This document shows, piece after piece, positions 41,177 to 50,063 of a stretch of DNA of 50,063 nt. Source of the DNA: Eledone cirrhosa (taxonomy: Eukaryota); contig CAXHJY010001331.1 in the NCBI GenBank assembly GCA_964016885.1, forward strand, positions 1 to 50,063, in the 5' to 3' direction. Below the pieces are notes generated by a model, which was given only the letters and a program-made list of their open reading frames with translations, searched no databases and was not told the origin of the DNA. The position numbers and the translations under genes are program-made. Every line of letters begins with the position of its first letter. Position 1 is the first letter of the stretch.

Positions 41177-41318
41177 CATATATACATATATATATATATA
41201 CATATACATATACATATATATATATACATATATATACATATATATACATATATATACATATATATACATATATACATACATATATACATATATACATATA
41301 TACACATATATATATATA
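40931..41318. repeat. TA microsatellite tract
   Basis: TA with C interruptions on +. Confidence 0.95.
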
Positions 41319-41787
41319 TGGTGGCTGCCAACTCGTTTTCGAGTACGGCCACTACTTTATATCCATGTAGGAGAACCCCTACCGATGCCCTGAACAAGTG
41401 TGACTTTTTAGTCCAGCCAGTGACTTGAAAACTCTGGTACAAACACTACACCTGTGACAATTATTGACACATAGTGCTGGGCCCATGGTACCATGTGACG
41501 ACAAGTGCAGAGAGATCTCCAGATATAAAGCAATGCCTGTGCCGTGAAGCTTTTATAGTGAGCAAAGGCACTGCACAAAGCCAGTCCCACTCTCTTAACC
41601 AAGATGATATTTACCAAAAAGAAGAACAAGTCAACATCATTGGATACCATCAGGGTTGCAGGTGTTATATCAGAGTTTTCCTTCTCCTAGAATTCTGCCT
41701 TGACAAAAGCTAAGGGGTCATCTCTCCCGGTGATTTTGGATGGCCATTGACTCTTAAGAGCTCCTTTGCCCTTTGACAGGTTTTGTT
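41319..41787 (-). mobile_element. Internally deleted (bipartite) RTE-BovB-like non-autonomous element, copy 1
   Basis: Highly similar to 42588-43053; the minus strand has UTR-like sequence fused to a C2H2-finger coding tail ([17 protein letters not shown]) and ends gtactcgaaaacgagttggcagccaccat. Confidence 0.7.
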
Positions 41788-42073
41788 ATATATACATATA
41801 TATATATATATATACATATATATACATATATATATATATATATACATATATACATATATACATATATATACATATATACATATATATACATATATATACA
41901 TATATATATATATACATATATACGCATATATATATATATATATATACATATATACACATATATATATATATACATATATACACATATATATATATATATA
42001 TACATATATACACATATATATATATATATATACACATATATATATATATATATATGTGTATATATATATACAC

Positions 42074-42106
<33 letters not shown>

Positions 42107-42123
42107 TATATACATATATATAT

Positions 42124-42164
<41 letters not shown>

Positions 42165-42177
42165 TATATATATATAT

Positions 42178-42228
<51 letters not shown>

Positions 42229-42507
42229 TATATACATATATATACATATATATATACATATATATACATATACATATATATATACATATATATACATATA
42301 TATACATATATATATACATATATATATATACATATATATGTACATATACATATATATATACATATATATATACATATACATATATATATACATATATATA
42401 TATATATACATATATATATACATATATATATACATATATATATATATACATATATATATACATATATATATACATATATATACATATATATATACATATA
42501 TATATAC

Positions 42508-42580
<73 letters not shown>

Positions 42581-42587
42581 TATATAC
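41788..42587. repeat. TA microsatellite tract
   Basis: TA with C interruptions on +; cacat variant enriched. Confidence 0.95.
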
Positions 42588-43192
42588 ATGGTGGCTGCCA
42601 ACTCGTTTTCGAGTACGGCCACTACTTTATATCAATGTAGGAGAACTCCTACCGATGCGCTTAACGAGTGTGACTTTTTAGTCCAGCCAGTGACCTGAAA
42701 ACTCTGGTACAAACACTACACTTGTGATAATTATTGACAGTGTTGGGCCCATGGTACCATGTGACGACAAGTGCAGAGAGTTCTCCAGATATAAAGCAAT
42801 GCCTGTGCCGTGAAGCTTTTATAGTGAGCAAAGGCACTGCACAAAGCCAGTCCCACTCTCTTAACCAAGATGATATTTACAAAAAAGAAGAACAAGTCAA
42901 CATCATTGGATACCATCAGGGTTGCAGGTGTTATATCAGAGTTTTCCATCTCCTAGAATTCTGCCTTGACAAAGGCTAAGGGGTCATCTCTCCAGGTTAT
43001 TTTGGATGGCCATTGACTCTTAAGGGCTCCTTTGCCCTTTGACAGGTTTTGTTTTTAGCCCTCCAGGATGTCCAAAGTCACCCTTCACACCAAGAAACCT
43101 TGGTAGGGTTGCCAGTTTAGTTGCCAACGACCCGACCATGGGACAGGTTGTACTGGGATACATGTTACCAGTAGCACCAACTGGTGACCTGA
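42588..43192 (-). mobile_element. Internally deleted (bipartite) RTE-BovB-like non-autonomous element, copy 2 (longer)
   Basis: Minus strand: ggtcgttggcaactaaactggcaacccta...ggagggctaaaaacaaaacctgtcaaagggc (RTE-BovB 5'UTR-like, from recall), then [21 protein letters not shown] and the same 3' end as copy 1. Confidence 0.72.
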
Positions 43193-45587
43193 CATCATCA
43201 TCAACGTTTAACGTCCGTGTTCCACGCTTGCATGGGTTTGGACGGGGGTTTTCCCACTTGAGGCAAGAGTGATTGTCTTGCTCGCATAGGACTGTCTGGC
43301 AGGTTTTCTACAGTTGGATGCCCTTTCTAACACCAACCACATTTACAGTGTGGGTCTGGGAGGTTTTTACCGTGTTGCCTACACGGCCACATTACAGCGT
43401 GGAGTGTGTGTTTTTTTGTCGTGACACCTACACGATCTCATTTGTTTCGGCCTGGATGGTGTGGCACCAACATAACTTTACATAGAAGGGGGCAGTGTGG
43501 ATGGGGTGGGGTGGTGGGACGGGGGTGTATTTTGTTAGAGATGCCTACTGACTGTAGTAGGTTTTACTTTGTATTTAGGTAAGGCGGGTCTTCTCTATTA
43601 CTGAGTACCGCCAAAGGTCTGGGTCCAGTGACATTGTCTTGGTGAGGTGTAAGTGTGTGAGGTCGGAGTTTATCAGCTCGTCCCAGGTTTTTCTGGGTCT
43701 GCCTATTCCGTGGCTACCGTCTATCTTTATTGCCCTGCACTTTGTTATACAGCTATCGCCCTTCATGCGCATCACGTGACCATACCAACGTAGCCTTCTC
43801 TCGAGTAGGTCAACATCTGATCCCTCTTATTTCTAATTTTTTCCTTAGTTCGTTTATGCTTTGTCGTTCACGTATATTCCTATTACACATCCAGCGGAGC
43901 ATGCAAGCTTCGTTTCTCTCTAGTCTGCGTATATCTTCTGCACACAATGCCCAGGTCTCACTGCCATGCAACATTGCTGTTCGTATGCAGGCATCGTACA
44001 ACCTGCCTTTCATTTTTAGGGAGAACCCTTTAGCGGCTAATAGTGGTATAAGCTCTCTGAACTTTTTCCACCCAGTTCTGACTCTAGCTACTGTACTTTC
44101 AGAGCACCCTCCCCCACTGCTGATTTTGTCACCCAGGTAACGGAAGCTGTCCACTATTTCTATAGAACCCTCTGCGCAGTTGAAAGAGCTAGTATTTTGT
44201 GGGCACTTGCTGCTACTTATTGCGTCAGAACACCGGCCACATGTAAAATCTATGTTCTTAGTTAGCTTACCTGTGATCCCACTACATCTTTTATGCACCC
44301 AAACTTTGCATTTGGGACACAAAATGGAGTTTCTACCTACGCCTTTCCTATACTCTGCGCATGGCCACTTCCCGGAGGGGACCGCCGCCTTATTTTCTTT
44401 CTTACAAACTAGAACTTTAGTCTTAGCCAGGTTAATTTTAAGGCCTTTTGATTCTAGGCCGTGCTTCCATGTTTGGAATTTCTTCTCTAGCTCGGCCATT
44501 GATTCAGCTATGAGCGTTAGATCATCTGCGTATAGGAGTTCCCATGGGCAGCCGGTCTTGAACTCCTCTGTTATAGCCTGGAGGGCAATAATAAATAGTA
44601 GGGGGCTAAGAACAGAGCCCTGATGAACACCAACTTTTACACTAAACTCTTCACTATATTCGTTGTTAATTCTAACCTTGCTGACTGTTTCTTTATACAT
44701 GGCTTGTATAGCTCTCACAAGCCATTCATCAACACCTAGTTTTCTAAGAGCCCACCAGATAATGGAACGGGGGACTCTGTCGAAGGCCTTCTCCAAGTCG
44801 ACGAACGCTAAGTATAGGGGTTTACTTTTAGCTAGGTACTTCTCCTGTAGTTGTCGTACAATGAAAAGAGCGTCTGTGGTACTTTTTCCTGACACAAACC
44901 CGAACTGCATTTCATCTAGATCAATTCGCTCTCTGATTAGTTGCGCTATTACTTTTTCCGTGACCTTCATGACCTGGTCGATTAATTTAATGCCTCTATA
45001 GTTACTCCTATCTAGGGCATCTCCTTTACCCTTATAACAGTTAACGATGATGCTGCTACGCCAGTCCTTCGGAACAACCCCATTCTGTATGACTTGGTTG
45101 ACTATCCGGGTGACCATGGTGTGTCCCACCGTACCAGATGCCTTCAGCATCTCGGCAACTATTTCCGAAGGCCCAGCCGCCTTGCCTGTCTTCATGTCTT
45201 TGATTGCTTTACTTATTATACTACCCTCGACTAACACTGCTGGTCCCTCTATTGGGTCGATGTTGGGGAGACTGTCTTTCTCCCATTTATTCTCCTCATT
45301 TAGGAGCCTTTCATAGTGACACTTCCAAGCTACCTTCTTATCGGCGTCGGTGACGGCAAGTACGCCGTCATCGTTAAGTACACACTTCTCCCCGACAATA
45401 TCACGGTTTTCCTTGACACATTGCCTAGCAATCCTGAACACCTCACGTTTTTGGTCCTCACGTTGTAGAACATGCTTGAACTTTCTTTCCTCTGCTTCCC
45501 TTCTTGCGAAGTACACTTGTCTCCTAGCTTCCCTCCTGGCCACTTGATAGTCTTCTCTGCTTCCCCCATCCCGCCATACTTTCCAGA
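43193..45587 (-). mobile_element. RTE-clade LINE, subfamily A, 5'-truncated with intact 3' end
   Basis: About 590 uninterrupted codons (43810-45587) with full RT motifs and PHD-like insert; 3' UTR and (tga)n tail (catcatcatcaacgtttaacgtcc on +). Confidence 0.95.
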
Positions 45588-45680
45588 TACATATATATTT
45601 ATATATACACATATATATATAGATACATATATATTTATATATACACATATATATATAGATACATATATATTTATATATAC

Positions 45681-45719
<39 letters not shown>

Positions 45720-46004
45720 CATATATATATACATAGATATATATATATATACATAGATATATATATATATATATATACATATATATATACATATATATTT
45801 ATATATATATACATATATAGATATTTATATATATATACATATATAGATATATATATATATATATACATATAAAGATATATATATATATATACATATATAG
45901 ATATATATATACATATATAGATATATACATACATATATAGATATATATATACATATATATATATATACATATATAGATATAGATATACATATATAGATAT
46001 ACAT

Positions 46005-46037
<33 letters not shown>

Positions 46038-46060
46038 TATATATATACATATATATATAT
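45588..46060. repeat. TA microsatellite tract (tagatat variant)
   Basis: TA with C and tagata interruptions. Confidence 0.95.
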
Positions 46061-46551
46061 GCATAAAAAGGTGCAGAGCACTAGAAGTTGATGGAAACCG
46101 AGGAGTGGGGAGACCCAAGATGACCTGGGATGAGGTGATAAAAGCCGACCTTACCCAATTACACCTCTCAAAGACAATGACACACGACCGTGACTTCTGG
46201 CGTCACGCAGTAATACAGAGTACCCAACCTCAAATGGGTACATGCTGAAGCATATAAACAATATGCCCCCACACCCCCCACTGCAAGGTGGTCGTGGAGG
46301 TGCCACGGCAAAAAAGCACCCAGCCCACACTGTAAAGTGGACGTGTAGGCGCCACGAAAAAGCACCCAGCACTCACTGTAAATGAGGTTGGTGTTAGGAA
46401 GGGCATCCAGCTGTAGAAATCAAGCCAAATCAGTTCCTGTATGAGCAAGGCATGGTCAGCCGACCAGACACTGCACACAACAGGACAACCCGTCTAACCC
46501 ATGCTAGCGTGGAAGAACGGACGTAAAACGGTGATGATGATGATGATGATG

Positions 46552-46552
<1 letters not shown>
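46061..46552 (+). mobile_element. RTE LINE 3' fragment, subfamily B
   Basis: Closely matches 26084-26562, including GRPKMTW coding, 3' UTR and (tga)n tail. Confidence 0.93.
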
Positions 46553-47880
<1,328 letters not shown>

Positions 47881-48388
47881 ATCATCATCATCATCATCAT
47901 CATCAACGTTTAACGTCCGTGTTCCACGCTTGCATGGGTTTGGACGGGGGTAGTCCCACTTGAGGCAAGAGTGATTGTCTTGCTCGCATAGGACTGTCTG
48001 GCAGGTTTTCTACAGTTGGATGCCCTTCCTAACACCAACCACATTTACAGTGTGGGTCTGGGAGGTTTTTACCGTGTTGCCTACACGGCCACATTACAGC
48101 GTGGACTGTGTGTTTTTTTGTCGTGACACCTACACGATCTCGTTTGTTTCGGCCTGGATGGCGCGGCACCAACATAACTTTACATGGAACGGGGTGGTGT
48201 GGATGGGGTGGGGGTGGTTGCGGGACGGGGTGTAGTTTGTTAGAGATGCCTACTGGCAAGGCGGGTCTTCTCTGTTACTGAGTACCGCCAAAGGTCACGG
48301 TCCAGTGACATTGTCTTGGAGAGGTGTAAGTGTGTGAGGTCGGAGTTTATCAGCTCATCCCATGTTTTTCTAGGTCTGCCTATTCCGT
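47881..48388 (-). mobile_element. RTE LINE 3' fragment, subfamily A
   Basis: [17 protein letters not shown]...RLASRHL*, 3' UTR and (atc)8 on +; reverse-complement match to 40438-40930. Confidence 0.93.
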
Positions 48389-48472
48389 ATATATATATAT
48401 ATATACATACATACATATATACATATATATATATATACATATATATATATACATATATATATATATACATAC

Positions 48473-48539
<67 letters not shown>

Positions 48540-48548
48540 CATATATAT

Positions 48549-48579
<31 letters not shown>

Positions 48580-48718
48580 CATACATATATATATACATAC
48601 ATATATATATACATATATATATACATACATATATATATACATATACATATATATATACATATATATATATACATATATATACATACATATATATATATAT
48701 ACATACATATATATATAC

Positions 48719-48773
<55 letters not shown>

Positions 48774-48847
48774 CATACATATATATATATATATACATAC
48801 ATATATATACATATACATATATATACATATACATATATATACATATA
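48389..48847. repeat. TA/TACA microsatellite tract
   Basis: TA with tacataca variants. Confidence 0.95.
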
Positions 48848-50063
48848 TTGACAGGGTTGATCATAACATTCTACTGAGAAAGCTGTCCAATATTGGTGTC
48901 ACCGGAAAGCTGCTGCAGTGGATCAAGAGCTTCCTGTCAAACAGAACCCAACATGTTGTAGTTGAGGGAGTCAAATCAAGCCCAGCCAAAGTCAGTAGTG
49001 GGGTCCCACAAGGCACTGTGTTGGGCCCACTTCTCTTCATCATCTATATTAATGACATCACTGACATCATCAAACACAGCAAAATTAAAATTTTCGCTGA
49101 TGATTCCAAGCTCCAAAAGGTCATCAATGGCGTGGATGACCGGATAAGCCTTCAGTCAGACCTACTGGCTGTTACCCAATGGGCAGAAAAGAACAATATG
49201 TTACTGAACGAAGACAAATTTGAACTGATCCACTTTGGAAAAGAGGATGCTCTGAAACTCCCATACTCCCTTCCCTCCGGGGAAACTCTCGTGGCATCTA
49301 ACAACATCAGAGACTTGGGAGTAACCGTGGACAGCAATATAAGCTGGACCACGCATATAAGCAGCAAAGTTGACATGGCCCGCAGAATGTGTTCCTGGAT
49401 CCTCAGAACCTTCCGGTCGAGAGATTCCCGCACCATTATCCTTCTCTTCTCTACTTTCGCCCGACCACACCTTGAATACTGTTGTCCACTGTGGTCTCCC
49501 CACACGAAACAAAGTATCATGAAACTTGAAGCTCCTCAAAGGGCAATCACGAAAAAGATAGATGGCATGTCAGACCTTGACTACTGGGGTCGATTAGAAA
49601 ACCTGAAACTTTACTCACTCCAACGTCGCCGTGAGCGTTATATTATCTGCATGATGTGGAAAATGTTCCATCATCACTGCCCAAATATTGTTGGCATCGC
49701 CTTCAAGATACACCCAAGGCTTGGGCCCCGTGCTATCCGTCCCATTCAAAAATCTAAATCGCAACTCATAACAACAATACGGCACAATTATTTCACCTCA
49801 ATCGGCCCTGCTCTCTTCAACATCACACCAGGACACGTCAAAACAGAAACTGACCACACAAAATTCAAGAAGTCTTTGGACAAATTCCTCCAAGTAATCC
49901 CGGACAAACCACCCACACCCGGATATGTCTCCGCAAACAGTAATTCTCTTCTCGAATGGGCCATGGTGCCCAAATCCTGAATTGAAAGACTTCGCCAGGT
50001 GGTGCTATTAAGTTAGACATGGCCTGGGCCAATACTGGCCAAAACATTTCAAAGTTATTCAAA
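48848..50063 (+). mobile_element. CR1/L2-group (jockey-like RT) LINE, 5'-truncated, open C-terminal ORF plus 3' UTR
   Basis: [50 protein letters not shown]; about 376 open codons to the stop at 49980. Confidence 0.93.

Noticed and set aside
50015-50050. Hammerhead-like ggcctgggccaatactggccaaaac in the LINE 3' UTR
   Set aside because: Only a small stem-loop; no CUGANGA core.

Overview
Eukaryotic, repeat-saturated window with no confidently identifiable host gene. The RTE/CORE-SINE repertoire suggests an octopus-like cephalopod genome (inference). Roughly half or more of the window is degenerate (TA)n/(TATATAC)n microsatellite, and all of the long Ile/Tyr ORFs in the track are artefacts of it. 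The islands between tracts are almost all retroelements: two Penelope-like elements (PLEs) with GIY-YIG endonuclease plus several PLE pseudo-LTR remnants, six RTE-clade LINE pieces (the four long ones carry a PHD-like Cys/His insert), a near full-length Tx1/L1-clade LINE, two CR1/L2-group fragments, a tRNA-headed CORE-type SINE with an RTE tail, and two internally deleted RTE-BovB-like elements. Three observations stand out. (1) Six minimal type-I hammerhead ribozyme motifs from five unrelated sequence families can be read by eye. (2) The TA tracts have a window-wide strand polarity (T>C variants on +, i.e. A>G on -). (3) Perfect fold-back palindromes sit right at the start of TA expansions, and a ~30-bp TA run inside a PLE pseudo-LTR has grown to 2-4 kb in sister copies.
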